This document shows positions 10,898 through 20,090 of a stretch of 64,000 bases of DNA, piece by piece. The translations under genes were made by a program, and so were the position numbers. This DNA is from Deltaproteobacteria bacterium. Its GTDB lineage: Bacteria; Myxococcota_A; Polyangia; Fen-1088. The stretch spans positions 591,589 through 655,588 of the forward strand of contig JANRKS010000032.1 in assembly GCA_033763315.1 (NCBI GenBank), given 5' to 3'. Within the stretch, counting starts at the first letter, position 1; the number at the start of each line of letters is the position of its first letter. Below the pieces are notes generated by a model. The model was given only the letters and a program-made list of their open reading frames with translations. It was not told where the DNA came from and made no database searches.

Positions 10898-11533
10898 ATG
10901 AGCCAGAACGTGGCACCTGCACGTCTTCTTTACTGGCACATGAAAACTGGCGGCACACTGCGTCTGGTCAAGCCCGAGCCTCTCGAGGGCGCGGTAGGCG
11001 TGCCTTCGGTGCCGGCTCTGTACCAGCTCTACAGTCGCTACGTGGCCAGCATCGCCGCCAAACTGCTGGGCCGCGAAGATGAAGTGAAGGACGTTGTCCA
11101 GGACGTGTTCGTGGCGGCCATGGAACACTTGGACGAACTTCACAAGGCGGAGTCCGTCAAAGGTTGGCTCGCAGCCATCGCCGTCAACAAGGCCACCAGC
11201 CGGCTCCGGCGGCGCAAAGTGCGGGCCATGTTTGGCCTCGACAGCGGTGTTCACACACCGCCCGCGCATCCTGCCAGCCCGGAGCAGGCCGCCTATCTTG
11301 CGCAGCTCTATAAAGAGCTGGATCAGCTGCCCGTCAGCCACCGTGTGGCTTGGACACTGAGGTATGTGCAAGAAGAGCCGCTTGAAGAGGTGGCAAAGCT
11401 TTGTGCGTGTTCGTTGGCCACAGCCAAGCGTTGGATCGCTTCGGCGCAAGAGGCAATCGTGGCGCTTGAAGCCAAAGCGGGCGCTTCAGGAGGCGGTCCG
11501 CAAGCAAGACGACCAGGGGAGGGGAAGGCGTGA
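10898..11533 (+). CDS. ECF RNA polymerase sigma factor
   Basis: DVVQDVFV, GWLAAIAVN (region 2); LDQLP...LEEVAKLCACSLATAKRWI (region 4). Start at 10898 or 10940. Confidence 0.9.
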   Translation: MSQNVAPARLLYWHMKTGGTLRLVKPEPLEGAVGVPSVPALYQLYSRYVASIAAKLLGREDEVKDVVQDVFVAAMEHLDELHKAESVKGWLAAIAVNKATSRLRRRKVRAMFGLDSGVHTPPAHPASPEQAAYLAQLYKELDQLPVSHRVAWTLRYVQEEPLEEVAKLCACSLATAKRWIASAQEAIVALEAKAGASGGGPQARRPGEGKA

Positions 11534-12615
11534 TGAACGATATGATCAAGGCACTAAAAGATGTGGAACCAGCGTGGACGGGCGCTGAATATGATCGCTT
11601 GTTCGCGGACGCAAAGTCTCGCGTTTCGCAACGGCGGGCGCTTCGACGCCGCCTTCGCGTGGCCGGTGGTGCTTTGGGTGCTGTGGCGTTGGCGGTGAGT
11701 GTTTTGTCGCTGGTCAGGCGGCCCGCGCCAACCACCGTGGCCCAGATTGAGACGAACCAGATGGCAGCAAGCTCGCGCTTGTTGCGCTTCCCTGACGGGT
11801 CCACCGTTGAGTTGCTCAAGCCGCAAACCACACTCACGCCGCACGAAGTGAGCCTCACGCAAACGCATCTTGAATTGGCTTCGGGGTCGGCCCGCTTCGC
11901 CGTCACATCGCAATCCGTTCCGCACTTTCGCGTGGATGTGGGCACCGTTTCGGTGGAGGTGCTGGGCACCAAATTCGATCTCGAGCGGCAAGACGCGCGC
12001 ACACTTGTGACGGTTCAAGAAGGCCTCGTGTGGGTGACGTGGCCTGGCGGCGGGGCTGAAGTGCAGGCCGGCCAATCGGGGGTGTTCCCTCCCGTCACCG
12101 GGCGGCCTTCCGCGGCGGCAAGCGCGCCACCGGCCGCCCGCGTGAGCTCAAGTGATTGGCGGCGCCTGGCCCGCCGGCAAGACTTTCGTGCAGCCTTGAA
12201 CGTGCTCGAGCGCGAACAGCCGGTGGTGCGCGATGAGCCGGGCGATCTCTTGCTGGCCGCGGACGCCGCGCGCTTGGGTGGCAAACCCGCCAAAGCCGTG
12301 CCGTACCTGCAGGCGGTTGTAAAGCGGCACCCCGCGGACGCGCGCGCCTCTGCAGCGGCGTTCACGTTAGGGCGGCTCTACCTCGACGCACTCGGTGAGC
12401 CCCGCAAAGCGGCTGACTGCTTCGCCGACGCCCGCCGGTTGTCGCCGCACGGTCCTTTGGCCGAAGACGCTTTGTTTAGGCACGCGGAGGCTTTGGCGCG
12501 CGCGCAAGCATGGCCACAAGCCAACGCCGCGCTTGCCGATTTCGAGCGTCTGTTCCCGAACCCGCGCCGGGCTGAGGCGTTGCGCGCGCTCCTACGAAAC
12601 CAACACCGGCCTTAG
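11530..12615 (+). CDS. FecR-domain anti-sigma factor with C-terminal TPR-like repeats
   Basis: Single TM; FPDGSTVEL...LASGSARF...VEVLGTKF...VTVQEGLVWV; helical repeats AAFTLGRL, LAEDALFR; overlaps the sigma stop. Confidence 0.85.
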   Translation: MMNDMIKALKDVEPAWTGAEYDRLFADAKSRVSQRRALRRRLRVAGGALGAVALAVSVLSLVRRPAPTTVAQIETNQMAASSRLLRFPDGSTVELLKPQTTLTPHEVSLTQTHLELASGSARFAVTSQSVPHFRVDVGTVSVEVLGTKFDLERQDARTLVTVQEGLVWVTWPGGGAEVQAGQSGVFPPVTGRPSAAASAPPAARVSSSDWRRLARRQDFRAALNVLEREQPVVRDEPGDLLLAADAARLGGKPAKAVPYLQAVVKRHPADARASAAAFTLGRLYLDALGEPRKAADCFADARRLSPHGPLAEDALFRHAEALARAQAWPQANAALADFERLFPNPRRAEALRALLRNQHRP

Positions 12616-12619
12616 CTGT

Positions 12620-13576
12620 ATGTGGCATGGGCGGTTGGCTTGGACGTGCGCGCTGCTGGCGGTGCTTGCTGCCCCCGTGCATGCGGCACCGCCGGCGACC
12701 AAACCCGTGATCCGCATCGAGGCGTGCGCGGACCTCAACGACGCGGCTACGCGCAAGTTGCTTGCGCTTGAGTTGGGCAGCCTGGCCGAACGCTCCACCG
12801 TCAGCATTCATTGTGATGGCACCACGGTTGTTTTGAATGTGACGGCGGGCGAGCGGCAAGGCAGCCGTTCGATGAACTTGGCGGGAACAGACGCGCGCGC
12901 TTGGCCCCGCATTCTCGCGCTGTCCGCTGTGGAGCTGTTAACTGAGCCCATCATCACGCCAGAGGTGGCCGAGGTGGCGAAACCGAGCGCCTCGCAACCA
13001 GCCACAACCATTGCCGCGGTGGCACCCGCTCCTGTGCGCTCTTCGCCCGTGGGTGTGCAGATCGCGCTGTTTGCCGGCGCGTTGATTCGTGCGGTGCCTC
13101 GGCTGCAGACAAGCACGACGGGGCTACAACTTGGCGGCATTGGTGTGTGGCCTCAGCCGCTTGGGCCATGGCGCTTGGGTGCGCGCGTGGCGGGCGGTTT
13201 CGAGCATGGCCAGCGTTCACTGGATGCCGGCGATGGTGTGGCCAACGCGGTGTCGGCGCTTGTCGCGATGATGGCGTTGCGTCCTGGCCGATGGGCGCCT
13301 TGGGGCAGCGTTGGGCTGCGCGCCGGTCGCGCTTGGTTGCAAGGCGTGCCCACCGACATCGCCACGGGCTCTTCTTTTTCCGCGCCATGGCTTGGGCCTG
13401 AAGCGAGTCTCGGGCTGCAATGGCGCGGCGTGCATGGCCTTGGGGCCGGTGCGCATGTCGACGCGGGGTATGCCGCCGTCGCCGCCGTGGCGCGCGGCAT
13501 AGCGCCCACTTCGTCACGCTTTGGCTACGACGGCGCTTGGTTCGCGCTGAACATTTCGCTAGCCTTGCAGCTGTGA
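12620..13576 (+). CDS. Exported protein with putative C-terminal outer-membrane beta-barrel
   Basis: Signal peptide ending VHA; P/A-rich linker; alternating Gly/aromatic strands; ends WFALNISLALQL. Confidence 0.6.
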   Translation: MWHGRLAWTCALLAVLAAPVHAAPPATKPVIRIEACADLNDAATRKLLALELGSLAERSTVSIHCDGTTVVLNVTAGERQGSRSMNLAGTDARAWPRILALSAVELLTEPIITPEVAEVAKPSASQPATTIAAVAPAPVRSSPVGVQIALFAGALIRAVPRLQTSTTGLQLGGIGVWPQPLGPWRLGARVAGGFEHGQRSLDAGDGVANAVSALVAMMALRPGRWAPWGSVGLRAGRAWLQGVPTDIATGSSFSAPWLGPEASLGLQWRGVHGLGAGAHVDAGYAAVAAVARGIAPTSSRFGYDGAWFALNISLALQL

Positions 13577-15219
13577 CTCGCCCGCCTCAGACGTTCGTTG
13601 CGGTGATTGTGGCGGGCTTGTGCCTTGGGAGCGCCACCGGGTTTATTGGCTGTCGCGATGAACGACCGGTGCTGTCACTGCGCGACAGTGACGCGGGCGT
13701 GTTGGATGGATCTGCGAGCGGCGAACTCAGCGTCACCGTCGATGTGACTAAAGTTGTGGGCGAGATCAGTCCGTTGATCTACGGCTTTCACTTCCCCGAC
13801 AGCGCGCCATCAGACCTCGACTACGATGCCATTCGCCCCGCGTTGTTGCGCGTGCCGGGGTTTCGCCCCACCACCTACAACTGGGAAATCAACGCCAACA
13901 ACGGCGGCATCTCGTGGTGCAATGAAAACGGCGGTGCGATGTCTTTGGACGACACCTCGGCGGGCTTGATCGATGTGGGGGCCGCTGTTGCGACCAAGCT
14001 CGGCGCCACCTTGGTGATCACGGTGCCGATTGGAGATCATGTGGCGGCTGACACGAAAGGTGGCAGTGGTCCGCCCGGCTGCACGGGGGATGTGCGCAAG
14101 TCGCCAAACTACCTCACCACCCGTTTCATCGCGAATTTGCCCGCGGCCCCTTCACCCCTGGGGGCAGCGCCCAATTTGACTGACGCTCAGGTGTACCAAG
14201 ATCAGATGGTGGCGTGGATTAAGCGCAAGCATCCGGGGTTGCCCGTGGTGTTTAGTTTGGACCGCTATCCGGATCGCTGGTCTAGCTTTCATCCAGCCGT
14301 TTTCGCGCAGCCGCCGAGCTACGACGAGATCTGCCAACGCGGGATCAAGTTTGCGGCCGCGATCAAAAGCATCGCGAGCGATGCTGTGGTGACGGGACCC
14401 GATGTCTCTGGCTGGAGCGGCCTCGTCGCGGGGGGGGCCCTCACAGAGCGTGGCACCAAGGGGGATTTCTTTGAGCACTACTTGCGTTGCATGTGGGCAG
14501 CGCAGCCTGCGGCGCCTTTGCTTGATGTGTTCGAGTTTGCGTGGGTCAGCGAGGCCGTGGCGGGCAACGAGGCCGTCAGTGGCACGGGCACTTCTGTCGA
14601 TGTGATTGCCGCGCGCGTTCAGGCGCCCCGCTCGCTTTGGGATCCCACATACGTCGAAGACAGCGCGCCGGCGCAGAGTGAGGGTGCTTTGCGCCTGCTG
14701 CCTCGGTTGCAGGAGATCATCAAGAAGGTCGATCCGCAGGTTGGCATCTTTATTTCGGAGTGGAGTTTTGGCGGTACCGATCATGCCAGTGGCGCCGTGG
14801 CCGTGGCAGACGCGCTGGGCGTGATGGGCAAGTGGGGCGTGCGGATGGCTGCGTTGCGCTGGCATCAAGAGCCGCAGCGGTATTCGCTGGGGGCATTGCG
14901 CCTTTTCCGAAACTTCGACGGCAAAGGCGCTGCGTTCGGGTCCACGGCCGTGCTGGCGGATGCCACGCAGATTGCCACCGTCGGTGCCTACGCCAGCAAA
15001 GATAACCGGGGCTCGTACATCCTGCTCATCAACAAAACTCTCGAAGAACAAAACCTGGCGCTGACTGTGAGAGGTCTTGCCCAAAGCACGGTTTGGCAGG
15101 TGTTCCGGGTGGGAGCCGATTCAGCGAACCCGCGACGCGAGGCTGACTTTGATGGCAGCGCGAGGCGAATCGTTCTGCCTGCGCTGTCCGTCAGCTTGCT
15201 GTACGCCCCCCGCCCCTAG
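13573..15219 (+). CDS. Glycoside hydrolase family 44-like lipoprotein with degenerate active site
   Basis: GTG start overlapping upstream TGA; lipobox FIGC; ISPLIYG, TTYNWEINANN, APRSLWDPTYVEDS, ISEWSFGG, ADALG, FRNFDGKG. Confidence 0.85.
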   Translation: MTRPPQTFVAVIVAGLCLGSATGFIGCRDERPVLSLRDSDAGVLDGSASGELSVTVDVTKVVGEISPLIYGFHFPDSAPSDLDYDAIRPALLRVPGFRPTTYNWEINANNGGISWCNENGGAMSLDDTSAGLIDVGAAVATKLGATLVITVPIGDHVAADTKGGSGPPGCTGDVRKSPNYLTTRFIANLPAAPSPLGAAPNLTDAQVYQDQMVAWIKRKHPGLPVVFSLDRYPDRWSSFHPAVFAQPPSYDEICQRGIKFAAAIKSIASDAVVTGPDVSGWSGLVAGGALTERGTKGDFFEHYLRCMWAAQPAAPLLDVFEFAWVSEAVAGNEAVSGTGTSVDVIAARVQAPRSLWDPTYVEDSAPAQSEGALRLLPRLQEIIKKVDPQVGIFISEWSFGGTDHASGAVAVADALGVMGKWGVRMAALRWHQEPQRYSLGALRLFRNFDGKGAAFGSTAVLADATQIATVGAYASKDNRGSYILLINKTLEEQNLALTVRGLAQSTVWQVFRVGADSANPRREADFDGSARRIVLPALSVSLLYAPRP

Positions 15220-15365
15220 GTAAGCGGTTTTGGTTACCGTCACTACACCGTCCTGGCGCATTTTCACGGCGCCGTGACGACCCTCCGTCAATCTGACGTC
15301 TTCGGCGTGTCACCCCGCTGGGCGCGATCGTCTGGTTACGTTCAGTTACGCACGTGCGCCTTGTC

Positions 15366-15381
15366 AGGCATGGCCCTTGCA
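15366..15381 (+). promoter_or_regulatory. Putative sigma54 -24/-12 promoter
   Basis: AGGCATGGCCCTTGCA matches GG-N10-GC with TTGC; ATG at 15394 implies a near-leaderless mRNA. Confidence 0.6.
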
Positions 15382-15393
15382 GCTGCCAAGCTC

Positions 15394-15612
15394 ATGAAAA
15401 AGCGAAGCACCGTTAGCAAAGGAAAGCACACCCGGTCGCCTACAGAGCAACCCGCCTTGTCTTTGGGCGACGTTGTTTCGGCCGCCTTCGACCAAGCCTA
15501 CGAAGTCACCAAAAACCAACAGCAAGCCGCGGCGTTAGCCTCCGTGGTGGTGCAGCGTTTGTTGGGTCGTCAGGCGCGCGGTCTTTACATGAAGCGGTTT
15601 GCCGTCGCCTGA
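15394..15612 (+). CDS. Small hypothetical protein (72 aa)
   Basis: ORF directly after the sigma54 motif; amphipathic helical core LSLGDVVSAAFDQAY...ASVVVQRLL. Confidence 0.55.
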   Translation: MKKRSTVSKGKHTRSPTEQPALSLGDVVSAAFDQAYEVTKNQQQAAALASVVVQRLLGRQARGLYMKRFAVA

Positions 15613-15653
15613 GCGCGTTCGACGCTTTTAGGACCAAAGAATCAACTCGCGAA

Positions 15654-16601
15654 CTATCGCTTTCGCTTTTTCGTTGGCCTCGGCTCTTTCGTTTTCGCTT
15701 TGCGGCGCTTCGCCGTTTTGCCCGTCTTGGCTTTTGTCTGTGCCGCGGCAAGACTTTGATTGTGTCGGCGCGCCTGGGCAATCGCGGCTTTGGCGTGAAC
15801 GCCCATCTTTTGTAGCTCTTCCATCCAGACCTCTTTGTAAGGCCTGAGGATCGACACCAGCGTCTTCAGCACAGCGATGTCGCGGAACCACTTTTTGTTG
15901 GCGGGAACGATGTGCCAGGGCCGTTCGGGGCTGCTGCACTTGTTGAAGACGTCTTCGTAAGCTTCGGTGGTTTTGTCCCAAGCGTCCCGTTCAAGCCAAT
16001 CCGACGGGTTCAGTTTCCAGAACTTACGAGGATCCTTTTCGCGTTCGAGCAGCCGCTGCTCTTGTTCGTCGGCGCTGATGTGCAAAAAGAATTTCACAAC
16101 GATCGTTTTTGCGTCGCTCAGCACTTCTTCGAACGAATTAATCTGGGCGTAGCGCTTCTGCCAAATGCTTTTGGGCGCCAGCTCATGAACGCGCACCGCA
16201 ACCACGTCTTCGTAGTGTGAGCGATTGAAGATCGCTAGATCGCCTTTTTGCGGTGCTTCTTTGTGAATGCGCCACAAATAGTCGTGCGCGAGCTCTGCGG
16301 CCGAAGGCACTTTGAAAGCTGTGACGCGGACCGTTTGAACGTTGGCCACTGATAAAATCTTGCGAACGCATCCATCTTTGCCGGCGGCGTCGCGGCCTTG
16401 GATGATCACCAGCAAAGAGTGTGACGCGGCGTAGGCCAGCAGATCGGCCAACTCGCGGAATTCTTCTTCAACGGGCTCCGCGTGCGCGCGTGCGGCTTCT
16501 TTATCTAAACCCCAGGTTTCGCTTGGATCGAGTTCGGTGAGGTGGAATTTTCGGCGGCCATTGACTGGGATGACATAACGCTGCGACCGTAAGGGAGCCA
16601 T
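15654..16601 (-). CDS. ppk2: Polyphosphate kinase 2 family protein
   Basis: Walker A QGRDAAGKDG; FKVPS; HDYLWR; FNRSHYEDV; PWHIVPANKKWFR. Confidence 0.93.
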   Translation of the reverse strand: MAPLRSQRYVIPVNGRRKFHLTELDPSETWGLDKEAARAHAEPVEEEFRELADLLAYAASHSLLVIIQGRDAAGKDGCVRKILSVANVQTVRVTAFKVPSAAELAHDYLWRIHKEAPQKGDLAIFNRSHYEDVVAVRVHELAPKSIWQKRYAQINSFEEVLSDAKTIVVKFFLHISADEQEQRLLEREKDPRKFWKLNPSDWLERDAWDKTTEAYEDVFNKCSSPERPWHIVPANKKWFRDIAVLKTLVSILRPYKEVWMEELQKMGVHAKAAIAQARRHNQSLAAAQTKAKTGKTAKRRKAKTKEPRPTKKRKR

Positions 16602-16851
16602 CGGTGCCGGCAGTGTGGCCTACTGGTGCCAACGCCGTCAACGCCTGCGTGGCAAATGACAAGGAAGCGGCACGTACGCTGCAGATCGTGGCCTGCTGGT
16701 TGTGGACAAGTGTCCGGACACGCGGCGGACACGGACAGGTTTTTCGCGCTTCGGGGCGGACAAACACGGCTCGTTCGCGCATTGTATTCGTCCGGTTCAA
16801 TGCTGGACCCGAAGGACCCACGTCCTTGCTTACTACCCTTGGGGCGCCAAC

Positions 16852-17322
16852 ATGACATTTTATGATCTAGAAGCAGAGTCCATCGACGGAAACGTTGTGC
16901 CGTTGGAGGTTTACCGCGGCAAAGTGGTTTTGGTCGTTAACACGGCCTCTCAATGTGGCTTTACCCCACAGTACGAGGGCCTTGAACAGCTGTGGAAGGA
17001 CTACAAAGAAAAAGACTTTGTGGTGTTGGCCTTTCCTTCTAACGATTTTGGCGCGCAGGAGCCAGGCACAGCGGAAGAGATCGAAGCCTTTTGCAAATCA
17101 CGCTACGGCGTCACTTTCCCTCTGTTCGCGAAGGTGAAGACGAAAGGCCAGGGGCAGTCGCCGATCTACAAGTTTCTCAACGCCAAGTACGGCGAGCCAC
17201 AGTGGAACTTTCACAAGTACCTCGTGGGCAAAGACGGTCAAGTCAAGCGGGCCTTTCCCGCAAAACTCGGTCCCGAGTCAATGCCGTTGCGGGCCGCTAT
17301 CGACGCCGCGTTGAAGGAGTAG
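16852..17322 (+). CDS. Glutathione peroxidase-family protein (Cys-type, cytoplasmic)
   Basis: VNTASQCGFTPQY, FPSNDFGAQEPG, WNFHKYLV. Confidence 0.93.
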   Translation: MTFYDLEAESIDGNVVPLEVYRGKVVLVVNTASQCGFTPQYEGLEQLWKDYKEKDFVVLAFPSNDFGAQEPGTAEEIEAFCKSRYGVTFPLFAKVKTKGQGQSPIYKFLNAKYGEPQWNFHKYLVGKDGQVKRAFPAKLGPESMPLRAAIDAALKE

Positions 17323-19519
17323 AGTGTTTGGGCGCGGCGACGGAGCGATCGATGCGCACCCAGTTGTGCCCGAGCGGCAGATAGCCAGCGGCCCTGCGCA
17401 GCGCTGGCGCCGCACAAATGCCTTCGGACAACACGTCGGGCGCATCGGCGCGCCGGCGTTCCGGCCAATGCACGCTCGCCAATGCCCAGCGCAACCGCAG
17501 CGGCGCCGTTTGTGTCAGTGGCCGTAGGTAGCCGAAGCGCCGCCACACGGAAAACCGCATGCGGCGCAGAACCTGCTGATCATCCGCGGCCAAATCTTCG
17601 AACACAAACTCGTCGAGTTCATCCAGGCTCACCGTGCCTAAGCCTTTTTGTAATCCATAGAGGATGGCGCGCAGCCCGCGCGAACCAGCGTTTTCCCAAG
17701 CCGTTTGCAGCGGCGCAAAGTGTTCGTCGATTGTGTGGCGCACAAACGTCGCCAAGCGCGCGCGAACGGCTTGTTGCAAGCTCGCAGGGAACGCAGGCAA
17801 AACCAGCAGCTCGGGTCGCAGAAGCTCGGTGCCGGCGGTGAGCCGGCCGAGCGCCTGCGCGCCATCGTAGATGCAGCCATCTTGGCCCAATCGAAATTGC
17901 GACTCGTCGGCCGCCGTCCACGCCCGCGCGGCGGCTTGCTCTTCTTCGCTGGCAGACACGGGCGTTACGAACGCCGCCAGATCCGCCAAGGCGTGCGCCG
18001 TTTGATCTGGCCTTACGCGCGCCGGGACACTTTGCGGCCTGGCTTTGGCCGCGGGCGCCGTGCGTGTGGATTTGCGCGCCCGCTTGCCGTGTCGATCAAC
18101 GAAGCGGCTGAGCAGTTGCTCGTGTAAGGCGTCGCTGAGGCGATCTTCAATGGCGAGCGTGCGCTCTTGCCAGCCGGCCGCATCCGCCAACCAATCGCTG
18201 CGGTGGCAAATGAATGTCCAGGTGCGAATGGCCGCCATGCGCACCAACAAGGTGTCCAACTCACCAGCCACATCGTCAAGCCGTTGCACTTGGGTGCGCA
18301 CCCAATCGGTTGACAGCTGCCCCTTTTGCGCCAGCTGCAAGAATACGGCGGCCAGGAGCTCGAAGTGATCGTCCAGCAGCAGTTTGCGGAAATCGGGTAT
18401 CTGGCACACCTGCCACAACAAGCGAACCCGCTCGGGCCCCACAGCCAACGCTTGCACGTCGCCTCGGCGGACGAGCCGGGCCAACGCCTGCTGATCTTCA
18501 GCGTTGTCAGTGAGGATGAGCCCCGGCGCGAAGGGCCGCGCCGACAGTGACTGCACCAAAGCATCCATTGATGAATGGTCGAGCTCGGCGTTGCGCCAGA
18601 ACAGCCGCAACACCGGCGCGAAGCGATGCTCTTCGATTGCGTTTTGCACAGCAAACGGCAACGGTGGCAACGGCGCCAGCGTGCAAAACTGCCCATCGTT
18701 GCGGTTGCGGCCGGCGCGGCCCGCGATTTGGGCCATTTCAGCGTCATCTAAGCCGCGGCTTTGACGGCCATCGTACTTCTTGAGATCCGCGAACGCCACG
18801 CAATCGACGTTCATGTTCAAGCCCATGCCGATGGCGTCGGTGGCCACCAAGAAGTCCACCTCGCCCGCTTGATACATCTGCACCTGCGCGTTGCGTGTGC
18901 GCGGCGACAGCGCGCCCAACACCACGGCCGCACCACCGCGTTTAAGCTTGAGCCGCTCTGCCAATTCGTATACGCGCGCTGCAGAGAACGCGACCACGGC
19001 GGTGCGAGGCGGCAGCTGGCCGAGCGTGGCGTTGCCGGTGCCGCGCAACACCGAGAGCCGCGGTTTCTTCTCGACGCGCGCCGTGGGCAACAGCGCTTGC
19101 AACATGGGGCGAATCGTTTCTGCGCCAAGAAACCAAGTTTCAAGGGTGCCGCGCCACTGCAAAAGGCGCTCTGTGAAGATGTGGCCGCGTTCGTGGTGGG
19201 CCGCCAACTGAATTTCATCCACCGCCAAGAATTCAACCGCCAACGCGGGCATCGCTTCGACGGTGCAGATCCAAAACCGGGGGTGCGCCGGCACGCGCCG
19301 CTCTTCGCCTGTGACCAACGCCACCGCCTCGGGCCCCACCTGAGCGCGTACGCGATCGTAAACTTCGCGCGCCAGGAGCCGCAGCGGCAACCCCATCATG
19401 CCGCTGCGAAACTCAAGCATGCGTTGGGTTGCCTGGTGTGTTTTCCCCGTGTTTGTGGGCCCCAATATGGCCGTGACGGCCGAGGGTGCGCTGACGGGTG
19501 AGCGGAGTTCAGGTCGCAT
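17297..19519 (-). CDS. SUV3/MgpS-like SF2 helicase
   Basis: LGPTNTGKT, VDEIQL, ATDAIGMGLN, QIAGRAGR. Confidence 0.9.
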   Translation of the reverse strand: MRPELRSPVSAPSAVTAILGPTNTGKTHQATQRMLEFRSGMMGLPLRLLAREVYDRVRAQVGPEAVALVTGEERRVPAHPRFWICTVEAMPALAVEFLAVDEIQLAAHHERGHIFTERLLQWRGTLETWFLGAETIRPMLQALLPTARVEKKPRLSVLRGTGNATLGQLPPRTAVVAFSAARVYELAERLKLKRGGAAVVLGALSPRTRNAQVQMYQAGEVDFLVATDAIGMGLNMNVDCVAFADLKKYDGRQSRGLDDAEMAQIAGRAGRNRNDGQFCTLAPLPPLPFAVQNAIEEHRFAPVLRLFWRNAELDHSSMDALVQSLSARPFAPGLILTDNAEDQQALARLVRRGDVQALAVGPERVRLLWQVCQIPDFRKLLLDDHFELLAAVFLQLAQKGQLSTDWVRTQVQRLDDVAGELDTLLVRMAAIRTWTFICHRSDWLADAAGWQERTLAIEDRLSDALHEQLLSRFVDRHGKRARKSTRTAPAAKARPQSVPARVRPDQTAHALADLAAFVTPVSASEEEQAAARAWTAADESQFRLGQDGCIYDGAQALGRLTAGTELLRPELLVLPAFPASLQQAVRARLATFVRHTIDEHFAPLQTAWENAGSRGLRAILYGLQKGLGTVSLDELDEFVFEDLAADDQQVLRRMRFSVWRRFGYLRPLTQTAPLRLRWALASVHWPERRRADAPDVLSEGICAAPALRRAAGYLPLGHNWVRIDRSVAAPKHSTPSTRRR

Positions 19520-19619
19520 GACCTAACCACAATCCTAGTGCACAATGGCCGGCACCGCACCCATCGCGCACGCACTTCCATGGCGGCGCTGGTTCTTGCT
19601 ATAGACGTTTGCGTCGGCC

Positions 19620-20090
19620 ATGAAGACCAACGCTGCACGCATTCTTGATCGCCTCGGCATCGCCTACGAGTTGCGCACCTATGAGGTGGATCCTGAAGAT
19701 TTGTCCGCGGAAACGGTTGCCCTGAAGGTGGGGCTGCCCCTTGGGCAGGTGTGGAAGACGCTGGTGGCGCGCGGCGATCGCCACGGCGTGTGCTTGGCCG
19801 TGATCGCGGGCAGCGCGCGTCTTGATTGCAAAGGCCTCGCGAAGTTGGCCGGCGATCGCAGCACGGATACGGTGCCACTCAAGGAAGTGCAGCCTCTTAC
19901 GGGCTACATTCGTGGCGGCGTGACGGCGCTGGCGTGCAAGAAGGATTATCCCGTTTACGTGGACGAGACCGTCGAACTGTTCGACACCATCTCTGTCTCG
20001 GCGGGCGTGCGCGGCACACAGATCGTTTTATCGCCGGCCGATTACCTCCGCGCCACCCAGGCCACCTTGGGGGCGATCGCCATTTACTAA
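19620..20090 (+). CDS. ybaK: Cys-tRNA(Pro) deacylase YbaK
   Basis: [32 protein letters not shown]. Confidence 0.92.
   Translation: MKTNAARILDRLGIAYELRTYEVDPEDLSAETVALKVGLPLGQVWKTLVARGDRHGVCLAVIAGSARLDCKGLAKLAGDRSTDTVPLKEVQPLTGYIRGGVTALACKKDYPVYVDETVELFDTISVSAGVRGTQIVLSPADYLRATQATLGAIAIY

Noticed and set aside
10574-11449. Long antisense or alternative-frame ORFs (this one, 7814-8845, 14152-15084, 55930-56844, 59344-60243 and others)
   Set aside because: Shadow ORFs typical of high-GC DNA, overlapping genes with clear family motifs.
19582-19600. Sigma54 promoter before ybaK
   Set aside because: GG to GC spacing is 11, not the required 10.
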